Part shown: one piece after another, positions 37,901 to 49,352 of the stretch
Numbering within the stretch: the stretch's first letter is position 1
Layout: each line of letters starts with the position of its first letter
Assembly (NCBI RefSeq): GCF_004010195.1
Contig: NC_057750.1
Span: 5,668,595-5,728,355 of the forward strand
DNA from: Chiloscyllium plagiosum
Taxonomy: Eukaryota
Length of the DNA stretch: 59,761 bases
Reading direction: 5' to 3'
Position numbers and translations under genes: made by a program
Notes under the pieces: generated by a model
Seen by the model: the letters and a program-made list of their open reading frames with translations, nothing else
Databases searched by the model: none
Told to the model about the DNA's origin: nothing

Positions 37901-39593
37901 GGATACTCAGTAGCAGTGTGTACCAATGACAAGATGCACTGCAGAAATTCACCAAAGATCCTCAGATAGCCCCTTCTAAACCCACAACAACTTCCATCTG
38001 GAAGGACAAGGGCAGCAGATACATTGGAACACCACCAATTCCCGTCTAAGTCACTCACCCTCCTAACTTGGAAATATATCAGCGTCTTTCACTGCTGCTG
38101 CACCCAAATCCTGGAATTCCCTCCCTGAGGGCACTGTGGCACAACCTCCATGATATGGACTGCAGCAGTTGAAGAAGGCCTTCAACCTTCCCAAAGGCAA
38201 CACGCAATAAATGCTGACCAACCAGCGGCACCCACATCCCACAAGTACACCAGGAGATATAAGATCTTAATATTTAGGAGCAAGATTAGGCCATTCAGCC
38301 CATCAAGCCTCTTCCACTACTGTAAGATTTTGGCTGATCTGATTGTGGTCTCACCTCCACATTCCTGCCTACCCCCATTATAATTTGGGACCACTTAGAT
38401 GATTAAAAATCTGTTTTACTCAGTCTTGAATTTATTCAATGACACACCCTCCATCCCACCACACCCCGGCAGTCTCCAGAGCAGCGAATTGCAAAGACTA
38501 ATAATACTCTGAGAGAAGAAATTCCTCCTCATTTCCATCGTAACTGGGAGACACCTTATCTTTACGCTGTACCCTAGTTTCCCTCAGGAAAGGAAATGTT
38601 CTCCTCTCAAATCCATTTAAATCTTAAGTCTCCTCTGATTCTTCCAGACGCCAATGAGTGCAGTTGTAAATAGCGATTTCTTAAAGAATTGTTGAATGGA
38701 TTCTGGCCATGGCTAGTGTTTACTGCCCATACCTAATTACCCTTGAGAAAGTGCTAGTGAGGCTCTTTCTGCAATCACTGCAGTCCTTGTGGATACTCGA
38801 TTAACATGAGAGAGGAAGCTAATCCTTAAATTGAGGTGGAAGAGGGGTGCGGGTGGGGGTCTTTGACATTCTAGAGAAGAAGACATTGTGGATGCTCAGT
38901 CATTGAAAACGTTGAATAATTTGAGATATTTGGGGAATTGAAGGGTGTCGAGATAGTGTGGGGAGATGGAGTTGTGATTTGATGGGCTTAATAAATGGTA
39001 GAGGTGACTCGAGATTGACTAAGGGCAGATGGTGGCCGATAGTATTATCACTGGACCCCAGACAATGCAGAGAGCCAGGTAATGTTTCAGGGACCTGGGT
39101 TCGAATCCCACCCTGGCAGATGGTGGCATTTGAATTAAATAGAAATCTGGAACTCAGAGTCTAATGATGTCCATGAATCCATTATCACTTGTTGGGAAAA
39201 ACCCATCAGATCACTAATGTCCTTTAGGGAAGGAGACTGCCATCCTTACCTGGTTTGGCCCACAGCAATGTGGTTGACTCTTAACTGCCCTCTGGGCAAT
39301 TAGGGATGGACAATAAATACTGGCTGGCTCCTAGCCAGCGATGTCGTCATCCCATGCAAACTTCTGCAAACAGGTGTCACTGCAAAATTAATTCAGATCT
39401 GCAGGGCTAAATCCCACCATGGAAAATGGTGAAATTTGAATTCAGTAAAAATCTGGAATTAAAAGAGAAATGAGCAAACATCTAACGATTGATTGTCATA
39501 AAAAAGTGATCTAGTTCACTGTAGGGAAGGAAATTGCTGTCCTTACCTGTTCTGGTCTACATGTGACTCCAAAGCCACAGCGATGTGGTTGAC

Positions 39594-39963
39594 TTTTTTT
39601 TAATATTTATAATAAATATATATTTACATTGAAATACAATTTAAAATCAGAGCTTCTGGAAGAACCATTTATTCTTTCCTGTCTTGCACCATTCGTTCAA
39701 ACTTCCCATCTGGCTTTACACTTCAGAGTAAGATTCCTCAAAACTTCCTTACTCACAACAGTCTTATCCAGGGGAATGTTAATGGTTGGCATCAGGTGGT
39801 TGTAGTTATGTACTTTCATAAAGGACTTGACCTTGGCCACCTTCATCTTGCCCATTTTGGCAGTCACCTTACACAGGTAACGATCCACACCAGCAACAAG
39901 GATGTTACATTAAAGTCTGTCAGAGGTCCCATCATTGATGTTCTTTACACTGACATCTTTGCT
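39594..39963 (-). pseudogene. RPL27: Processed pseudogene of 60S ribosomal protein L27 (5'-truncated)
   Basis: Minus strand reads [68 protein letters not shown], colinear with RPL27, intronless, with indels and stops, short 3' UTR and an A8 tail (T run 39594-39601). Confidence 0.92.
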
Positions 39964-40450
39964 AAATGCCTTTGTGCAATAAATGCTGGCCCAGTCATCG
40001 ATACCCACATCCTGTGACCAATGAGAAAAAAAGCCATAGCAGAGAGATGGGCTGAATGCCCTGCTTCCTTCTGTAAGACGAGAGTTTGCTGGTTTTACAA
40101 GAATTGAAATGAACAGTCTCAAACCAAGTTTACTTGGTTAGCCTTGGGTGACTCTGTGGAGTTTGCATGTTCCCCCATGTCTGTGCGGGTTTCCTCCCAC
40201 AGTCCAAAGATGTGCAGGTTAGGTGATTTAGCGATGGGAAATGCGGTTTATGAGGTCAAGGTGGGATGCTGTTTGGAGGGTCCTTGCTGAATTAATGGGT
40301 TGAATGGCCTCTTTCTGTAATGTAGAGATTTAATGATAACTGTGAAGAAGTAGGAATGTAAATGCAGCCTGTACTGTTGGGCTGCAGGGGCCATTTTGCT
40401 GAGCTGTCACATTCACAATAACTCTTGTTGTATATTGTGTATCACAACAG

Positions 40451-41272
40451 ATAAAGGTCCTGAAGGAGGAACCAGAGTCGGGTGAAGATCAGCAGCTGGG
40501 GAAACTCAAGGAGCAGTTGGACTGCCAGGCAAATGAGGCCCTGTCTGAGACAGAACGCCTCCAGATGGAGGGGGACAGTGACCTTGCTAATGGTGAGACC
40601 GAATCGGCCAGGGCCTCTCCGTCAGGCCTGGCCAACGGTTTTGGCTTTCATTCCAAGCGGCTTCTTGCACCCCCACGGGGCCCCAGCCTTCTGAGGGGGA
40701 CCCTCAGGCAGATCAAGGCCGAGAAAGACCACCTGTCGGAGGAGGCCAGCCGGAACTTCTACTCCCGGTGGCTGGCTGACTGCGCGGCCTCCCGGAGACC
40801 GGCGGGAGCCCCCTCCTCTACAGCCGCCGGCGCCCGGGCCTCCCCGTCGTCCGAGAACTCCGGCGAGAATGCCGGCTCCTGCTCCTCCAGCCCGCCCCGG
40901 GAGGCGTCGGCAGACAGCGGCACGGCCAGCGGGCACAGCACGCCGAAACGGCTGGGCGTCGGGCGGGGGCTGGGCGAGGGGCGCCGCCGCAACACCTGCG
41001 AGTTCTGCGGCAAGACCTTCCGCAACGCCAGCAACCTGACGGTGCACCGGAGGAGCCACACGGGGGAGAGGCCATACCGCTGCGAGCTCTGCAGCTACGC
41101 CTGCACTCAGAGCAGCAAGCTGACCCGGCACATGAAGACGCATATGCAGCCGGGCAAGGAAGTCTTCCGCTGCAACACGTGCAACATCCCCTTCAGTATC
41201 TACAGCACCCTGGAGAAGCACATGAAAAAACGCCACAGTGAACACCTCCAGGAGCCCCAGCTCTCCAATTGA
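40451..41272 (+). CDS. BCL11-family gene, terminal coding exon with ZF4-ZF6 and stop
   Basis: Acceptor CACAACAG at 40450 (phase 0), open to TGA 41270-41272; [91 protein letters not shown]. Confidence 0.95.
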   Translation: MKVLKEEPESGEDQQLGKLKEQLDCQANEALSETERLQMEGDSDLANGETESARASPSGLANGFGFHSKRLLAPPRGPSLLRGTLRQIKAEKDHLSEEASRNFYSRWLADCAASRRPAGAPSSTAAGARASPSSENSGENAGSCSSSPPREASADSGTASGHSTPKRLGVGRGLGEGRRRNTCEFCGKTFRNASNLTVHRRSHTGERPYRCELCSYACTQSSKLTRHMKTHMQPGKEVFRCNTCNIPFSIYSTLEKHMKKRHSEHLQEPQLSN

Positions 41273-44200
41273 GGTGGTGAGGTGGTGGGGGAAGTGTCAT
41301 CATAGCCCGGTTCATGGGGTGGGCTTGGGGTGTAGGACCCTGACAGAGGAAAGGATGGACCTTTTAGATGGAGGGTGCAGTGAGAAAACTTTCCCTCAGT
41401 CATTCTGTACAGAACTTATGGGGCATAAGGACCAGGGCGGAGATGTGGGCTGAATGGTCTAGGTTCCAATTGGTAAAATTTGATGTAATCCCCGTGAAGA
41501 TGAATGTTCTTCCCAGTCCCCATCCAATATGTTTATGAATATTTAAAGTTTCAGGCATTTAAACCTTAGCCGCAGCAGTGTGGGGAGCATGGGGGTTTCC
41601 CTGAACAAACAATGTGATGTCGTGACACACATTGTTGGCCAATTTTCAATTGGGACGGAGGCCTTCCTGAGCTAGGAGTGGGATGTTATGGATTAATGGA
41701 CTGAGGAGGAGGACCATTGGTAGATGATGCTGGGGAGGAGGAAAGGAAGAGAATAGGAAGAGCTTTATTGGCCAGTTGGACAATATTTGAGGGGCGGGGT
41801 GCCAACCTCACACGCAGGAGGATACTCCGCTGTGCCAGCATTCTTCAGTTAGAATTTTTCTCGTGGGTGAGGAGAATGGAGGCATTGATCTGCCACTGAA
41901 AGGAAGTGTCTTAGAACTACACAGGGCCCCACATGGAGACTTCAAGTGTGGGACTTTCAAGGGACTAGAGACAATGGCAGAGAAATACCCACACCAGCGC
42001 TAGTGCCCACGGCACCCATGTTCCTTTGAAGCTGTGCAGCTGCCCGGAGGTCTGTGCACATGGATTGGAAATGTCTTGACATGACCTTACAGCTCCAACA
42101 GCTGTGCCCTCCCATCTCCGAAACACCTCCTGTATTGGTTTCCTGACCCCCTTCTGCTCCTGGCACTCATCCCCCACCTCCCCCCCCCAACCCTCTCAGA
42201 TAGGTGAATGCCAGGTATTTCCGAGTTTACATTCATCGCAATCCAAAGGCTCAGGTTCGTGCTCAGGGTACTTGGTAGCTGTGGGAGTTTGAAATTCAAT
42301 AAACTGAGACCTTTTTGAATGGAGGAGCAGGGCTGATGGCCTGCTCCTGCTCTGACGGAATTTGTTGTGATGCACACTGAGGTTGAATAGCTGAGACTCA
42401 TTGTCAAGGCTCACTCGATAAGCACGGCCTATTAGGTGGATAGTGAAGACAGATGGGTGTCTCACTCGTGTTCATCACTGAGCATGTGACCCCTCTGCTC
42501 TCAAAGAGACTTCCATATTTGTGAACAGCAGCACCATTCTCTGATGGGTCAGAAGCAAAGCACTCTCCTTGGTCCCTTAGGCCGCAGAAAGGACTGCTGT
42601 GGAGTTCTTGCTGCTCCATGCTGACCCTCATGAGTCAGCCTCATGGTCTCGATCACAGAAAACCAGCTTAGGAAGCCTGCTTGTGTATGTAAGTGGGGCT
42701 GGGGTGGTGAAGAGGGTGCTCAGGGGTGAGAATAACCTCCTTTGTGGAGAGAGTCACAGGTCCCTTTTTCCCTTGGGGTGGGCTATTATACTTGATGCCC
42801 GTCTTAAACACCACTCCGTAGGGACAGGATAAAGCCATTCAGCTCCTCAAGTATTTCAATAGAAATCACTTTGAGCTGTCATGATCTTGTAAAAGTCTAT
42901 ATATAAATGCAGGTCTTTCACACGACATCAAGTCCAAATCTCTTGAAGTCATTACTCTGTAAAAATCCAACCCACTAATCCTCAAAGCCACTCTTCTGAC
43001 CCGTCCAACATCCTCGCCATTTTGAGATGGCAAGTTGCAAGTTTCAAATTTCCACCACCCTTTGGATGGAAGGGAATTTCCTGAGTTTTACTGCAGGACA
43101 GCCTGGATTTTATTAAGACCTATAATGGAATTCCCCTCACCAGCACTGACAAGGATGATGTCAAGCTGATCGCAGTCATATTGTTCAACAGTTCAGGCAC
43201 ATCAAAGCACCTTAGGCAAAACCGACAGCAATTTTAACTTTGGCTATTCTCTTCTCAACAACAAGGTGCATTTATTTAGCCCCTCTAAAGTTGCACTTCA
43301 CAGGAGCATTACCAGTTTGATGCCATTTAAGGAGATATTAGACACACACCACCAAAACCTGGATGATGAAAGTTTTTGATGAATGGCTCAAAAGGATGTG
43401 AGAGAGGCAGCGGGGTTGAGGGACAGAATTCTAGAACCACCCAAAGCCTACATTTCCCTGTCAGATTGCTTTGGTGGTCACTGCCATGGTGTGTCAGTTC
43501 AGTGTTTCTCCAATGAACACCCTCAGTTGGAAGGCTGGCGGGTGGGGAAGCGGCTAGGAGAGGTGATTCACTCCCCTCTGCCAATCACTTCCTGAGATGT
43601 CCAGCGAAAACTGCATCATGGAGTTCAACTGTGTTGCCATCCTTTGTCGAATAGCTTATCAACTTGGTCTGGACTTGCCACAGGAGAAATGAACAGTGGT
43701 ATTTCAATCTGTGCAGAGAGCTGGTATGCCATTGCAATGACACGTCGCAAGAAGATAGCAAAACCTGGGTCCTCTGAGGGATGGGGGGTGTTTTATCTGC
43801 AGCATTTTAAATCACGGTGCCCAGCACCTGGAATGACTTGGATCTGCAAAAGTTATCAGTGATAATACAGGGGCTGGTGAACGAGGTGTCTATTGGGGTG
43901 GTGGTGCACGTGTGCCAGTGAGTGTAATGGTTCAAGGAGCCTACAAGAATTGCACCTCCGTCGGAGAGTTGGATAGACTCCTCTGTATTTTTCTAATAGT
44001 CATGTATTTTTTACATGGTGCGCTGGGAGCGAAGCAGTTTTTTTCTTTGTAATGTATTTCAAGCTGAAAGCAGTCAGGGTGCCCCAGGATTAGGGCAAAG
44101 GGTGCGTTTTGTATGACAATTTTTTGTATTACCAGTGTGTTTGTGATAACTTGTGTGGGTTTGGGTCAGTGTCAAACACGATTCTAATTCAAGAAGACAG

Positions 44201-44559
44201 CTCGGGGAGGGTGGGACAGGCACAAAAGTACATTTGTTGAATGTTGTATAGTTTAATATTGTGAATGACTGAAAACTGGCATGTTCAGGGGTGGGGTGGG
44301 ATGGGTAGAATTGCAGTAAAACTGTACAATATTTGCCAGACAGCACTGACCTCATCTGTTTTACTTTGTCACTGTGGGGAGTATATCTTTTGGCTGATGG
44401 GCTTTATTGTAATGTTTGGTAGGGAATTCTTTTAGAGCAAGGCTGTTTCACTATGCGGTGGGGGTGGGGTAGGTGTTTAAAGGGAGTGTGACATGTAGCA
44501 ATGTTGTCACTGGATGTACTAGTTTGGGTGTTAACAGGAGATAATACACCCTTGCATAT

Positions 44560-44703
44560 AATCTCTCACTCTCACAGTCACACTCATACATGTACAGCCG
44601 CACTCTCTCAAACACATGACAACATACACTGATACTCACACCTACACACACTTCCACAGCCCCACACTCATCCTCACTCACCTACACACCCTCAAAACAC
44701 TTT

Positions 44704-44739
<36 letters not shown>

Positions 44740-44750
44740 GAGACACAAAT
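44560..44750. repeat. CA-rich low-complexity tract with (CA)n microsatellite at ~44708-44735
   Basis: Directly visible. Confidence 0.9.
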
Positions 44751-45121
44751 CACAATTCCCCTGATCGTTAGCTGTCAGAATCAGCTCTGCGTCTCAAACC
44801 GATCTCATTGGTGTCCACTTGGGGGTTGCTGATGGAGTGTGGTCAGCCATAGCCCTCTGAAACAGAAAGTGAAGGCTTTGAGTCCCCACTGCAGAGACAT
44901 GAGGGTCATATTTCAAGCTGACACAGTGTTCCACACTTGGAAGAGTCGTCTTTCGGACTAAGACGTTAAACCAAAGTCCTGTCTGCCCCTTGGGCAGACA
45001 TAAAAGACCCCTTGGCCACTATACAGGAGAAGCTGGGAATTTCTCCCTGGCATCTTGGCCAATGTTTATCACTGAACCAAATGCACAATAAAACTGATTA
45101 CCTAGTCATTTATTGCTGTGA

Positions 45122-46190
45122 TGTTGCAACTGAGGCTTTGGAGGGACACATTATTGCTTTAGTTCCACTACTCCATTGGTCACAATATGAAATAAAAATA
45201 CTTCTCCCAGTGGCCAATTAAATAAAGGTGCAATAAATGGTTTATATGCACAGTCAGTAATAAAGGAGTATAAAACCTTATGACTGTCAATGTCCTCAAG
45301 AACACACACATTCCCATATGCAGACATGCTTCAGGAAAAGAGAAAAAATTAAAGAAAACTCTAATGGATGGTTCTGTGGCTTAATTGGTTAAAGCGTCTA
45401 TCCAATAAACTGGAAATGCAAGATTCAAATCCCAGTGGTACCTACTCATTGTATCGAAGGTTCCTTGTTTCAGATTCTTGCAAGGGCCATGGTGGTGATC
45501 AAGCAAATCACCGTCCTGGTTGAGTTTCAGCCTGTTATGATTTTGGTGATCAAGGATAATTTGTCTCTGGGGCTCAGTTAGCTGGACGGCTGGTCTGTGA
45601 TACAGAGTATCGCCATCAGCGTGGGTTCAATTCCTGCACCAGCTGAGGTTACCATGAAGGTCCCCACCTTCTCAACCTCACCCCTTGCCTAAGGCGTGGT
45701 GACCCTCAGTTTAAACCACCAGCAGTCTTCTCTTTCTAATGACTATAATGATTTTTACAATTGTCTCTGGAGCCCTTTTGACATATTCTGTTCAAAAAAA
45801 AGCAATCACTATTTCAAATAAACAAGCAGGCTTCACCTGGAGTGTTGTTTTTCAGGGATCAGTTGGATAGCTTGTTCTTAGCAGGCTTTCCTCCTACTCA
45901 GCTTTGTCCTCAGTGATCTTCCCTTCAACTGAACCAGGTAAAACCTCCCACGCCTGTTATTGTTCAAACAGCCCTAGCAGTGGTCTGAAGCAAAGCAAGC
46001 AGTCATGTGTTTTCTAGGAAGACTGGTTTAAAAAACTCTCCAATGTCCACAGTAGCCGTCCAACTACCTCTTTGGAAAAAATCACTCCAGATATGTCCAC
46101 AACACTGGCAAAACATTCATTCTTTTTCCACACGCATCTAACTCCTCCAAAAAAATTTTAAAATATCAAATAACAAGTGTCTTTGTAACA
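45122..46190. mobile_element. Probable solo LTR (~1.07 kb including a nested SINE at ~45568-45757)
   Basis: TGTTGCAA...TTGTAACA termini (7/8 inverted match); CTGTGA (45116-45121) / CTGGGA (46191-46196) near-TSD; interrupts a SINE that resumes at 46191. Confidence 0.6.
45370..45443 (+). pseudogene. tRNA-Thr(AGT)-derived pseudogene
   Basis: 74 nt colinear with vertebrate tRNA-Thr(AGT) (GGCTCCGTGGCTTAGCTGGTTAAAGCGCCTGTCTAGTAAACAGGAGATCCTGGGTTCGAATCCCAGCGGGGCCT, from memory); anticodon now AAT, with stem mismatches and a damaged B-box. Confidence 0.75.
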
Positions 46191-47029
46191 CTGGGAGCTA
46201 GCTGTGTACAAAGTGTCCACATGCCACATGGTATAACAATGGGTACAAGTCAGAGATGTTTGATTGGCTGTTAAACCTTCTTAGCAGGCTGTATAAATAC
46301 TTCACTATATTGTGGAACAGCTAATGGTAGGGGTCCAGCTTTAAAGGGCAGTTAGTGTATGATTACACTGCTGGATTATCAGTAGTCATCGCAGTCCAGT
46401 GACAACATTGGGAAGTGGGAAGGGGAGGGGGAGTAGAAATGGGGGCTGGGGAAGTATTTTGTAAAAATACTGTCAACCCAAGTTTTGAAGAGCAAATATT
46501 TTTAATGTATTTTATAAAATTGAACTTCAGTGAAAAGCAACTTGCTGCATCACCTGAATTAAAAAAAGAGAGATTTGGAAAGTGCAGTTGGTTTTTGATT
46601 TATCATCTTCTCTCACCCATGAGATGTTACTCAGTTGATAATAGCCATGGCCTAAACTAGGATCCCAGGTCTTAATCTGAGCCCATGTTGAACTGAGCCT
46701 GGCTGACAGGCAGAGGTTTGGCCTCAGGACCACTGTCTGTAAAGCACACTCCCCTCTCCTTGCTCCCACCCCGTGTTGAAGGGAGAGAACCTCACCAAAT
46801 AGGATCTCACACCTCTCTTTTGTTAGCAAATAGAGTAACACAGCACAGAAACTGAGCCTTTGTTCCAACCAGTTCATGCTGAACATAATCCCAAACTAGG
46901 CGAAAATGAGGACTGCAGATGCTGGAGATCAGAGTCAAGAGTGTGGTGCTGGAAAAGCACAGCAGGTCAGGCAGCATCTGAGGAGCAGGAAAATAGATGT
47001 TTTGGGCAAAAGCCCTTCCCAACTAAACT

Positions 47030-47790
47030 AGGCCTACCTGCCTGTGCTTGGCCTATATCCCTCCAACCATTTCTTATTCATGTACTTATCTAAATGTCTT
47101 TTAGACATTGTAAGTTTTACTGCATCAACCACTTCCTCTGGAAATTCATTCCATACATAAACCACTCCCTGTGTAAAAGAATTGCACCTCATATCTTTTT
47201 TAAATCTTTCTCCTCTAACCTTAAAAATATACCCCCTGGTCTTCAAATCCCACACCCTAGGGAAAAGACACATGCCATTCACCTTATCTATGTATGCCTT
47301 TCATGATTTTATAAACCTCGATAAGGTCATCCCTCAACCTACATACCAGTGAAAAAGGTCCCAGCATATCCAGTGTCTCCTTACAACTCAAATCCTCAAT
47401 TCCAGGCAACGTCCTGTTCTTCTGAACTCTCGCCAAATTAATAATATCCTTCCTATAACAAGGAGAGCAGAACTGGACACTGTACTCACCAATGTCCTGT
47501 ACAACCTCAACATCATGTCTAACTCCTGTAGTCAAAAGGTCTGAGCAATGAAGGATACACACCTTCTTCGAGACAAAAAACTGCAGATGCTGGAATCCAA
47601 GGTAGACAAGCAGGAGGCTGGAAGAACACAGCAAGCCAGCCAGCAGCCTATGCATATGTGATGCAAACTTCAAAGAATTATGTACCTGAACACCTAGGAC
47701 TCTGTTCTATAACATTACCCAAAGCCCTACTTTTAATTGTATAAGACTTGCCTTTATTTGTTTCACCAAAATGCAATTTATCCAAATTAA
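47030..47790 (-). mobile_element. CR1-like LINE fragment with a Penelope-like half-element at ~47570-47645
   Basis: Minus-strand EYSVQFCSPCYRKDII..LRDDLIEVYKIMKG; another half-element at ~46899-47020. Confidence 0.8.
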
Positions 47791-47869
47791 ACCCTATCTT
47801 TCTTTGCCCCGGTTTACTCCCACAGTCCAAAGGTGTGCAAGTTAGGTGGGTTGACCATGCTAAATTGCC

Positions 47870-48060
47870 GAGGAGAAAGTGAGGACTGCAGATGCTGGAG
47901 ATCAGAGCTGAAAATGTGTTGCTGGAAAAGCGCAGCAGGTCAAGCAGCATCCAAGGAGCAGGAGAATTCCTGAAGAAGGGCTCATGCCCTAAACGTCGAT
48001 TCTCCTGCTCCTTGGATGCTGCCTGACCTGCTGCGCTTTTCCAGTAACACATTTTCAGCT
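47870..48060. mobile_element. Palindromic Penelope-like element (family A) inserted in an HE1-like SINE
   Basis: CATGCTAAATTGCC duplicated at 47856-47869 and 48061-48074. Confidence 0.75.
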
Positions 48061-48611
48061 CATGCTAAATTGCCCTAGTGTTCAGGGATGGAAAATGGAG
48101 AAGGACCTGAACCCTCCATGTTGTAGGTTGGGTAGGAGGGTGGGTCTGGTTGAGATGCTCTTTGGAGATTCAGTGTGGATTCGATAGGCCAAATGGCCTG
48201 CTTTTATACTCAAAAGGATTATTTTCTGTTGTAAAAATGTGTATTGGGTGTGGGAAGGATTGAACACAGCTGTGATGGCTGGTCCCTTTATGGCTGAACA
48301 GCTCAACAAAGCTCCCCTCCACCCAATAAAACACACAACATGGACAACAAAGAAATGATGCACATCAAAAGGTAGAGGGTTCAGATCTCACTGCATAGGC
48401 TTGACCTCATAAAATATTGTGACACACTCAGTGCCAGTACTGAGGGAGTGCTGCACTGTCAGAGGTGCTAGTTATTGAATGGGATATTAAATGGAGATTT
48501 CAGCTCTCCTCCTGGAAATATGGAAAAGATTGCACTGTCACTTTGAAAAAAAAAGCAGGTGGAATTCTACCACAAAGTCCCAGCCAAAATGTATCCCTCA
48601 ACCGACCACAA

Positions 48612-48745
48612 GAAGGTAAAAACAATGACTGCAGATGCTGGAAACCAGATTCTGGATCAGTGGTGCTGGAAGAGCACAGCAATTCAGGCAGCATCCGAGG
48701 ACAGGCAAAATCGACGTTTCGGGCAAAAGCCCTTCATCAGGAATA
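48612..48745 (-). mobile_element. Penelope-like half element with intact hammerhead-like core
   Basis: Minus strand 48713-48740 = CTGATGA-A-GGGC-TTTT-GCCC-GAAAC-GTC. Confidence 0.65.
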
Positions 48746-49061
48746 AAAGAAGTAGATGATGGGAGTTTGCTGTTTGCAAATTGGCTGCTGTGTATCTTAG
48801 GTTACAACAGTGACTTTCACTTCAAAGCACACTGGGGACATTCTGAAGTCTGAAGGTCAAGCCTTGGATCCCAAATTCTATCCGACTCCTGACCTTGTCC
48901 TCTGTCACAACCCGCATATTTGGGTGCTAAGTTGCAAAATTCTTGCAAACTTCAATGTCCTCGCAAAAGGCAAAGGTAGAAGTTGCTTTGATCTCATTTT
49001 TAGAGGGCCAGGGAGTGAGGGTGAAGGGATATTGTTAGCAGATTATTTGTTAAACCTTTTT

Positions 49062-49352
49062 AGGGTGGCACAGTGTTTAGCACTGCTGCCTCACAGTGCT
49101 ACGGACCCGGGTTCGATTCCAGCCTCGGGCGACTGTCTGTGTGGAGTTTGCACATTCTCCTCGTGTCTCCATGGATTTCCTCCCACAGTCCAAAGATGTG
49201 CAGGTCGGGTGAATTGGCCATGCTAAATTGCCCGTAGTGTTAGGTGCATTAGTCAGAGGGAAATGGGTCTGGGTGGGTTACTCTTCGGAGGGTCGATGTG
49301 GACTTGTTGGGCCAAATGGCCTGTTTCTACACTGTAGGGAATCTAATCTAAT
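49062..49352 (+). mobile_element. HE1-like V-SINE
   Basis: Consensus match. Confidence 0.87.

Noticed and set aside
45370..45443. Functional tRNA-Ile(AAT)
   Set aside because: The body is Thr-type, the anticodon and T stems are mispaired, and the B-box is damaged.
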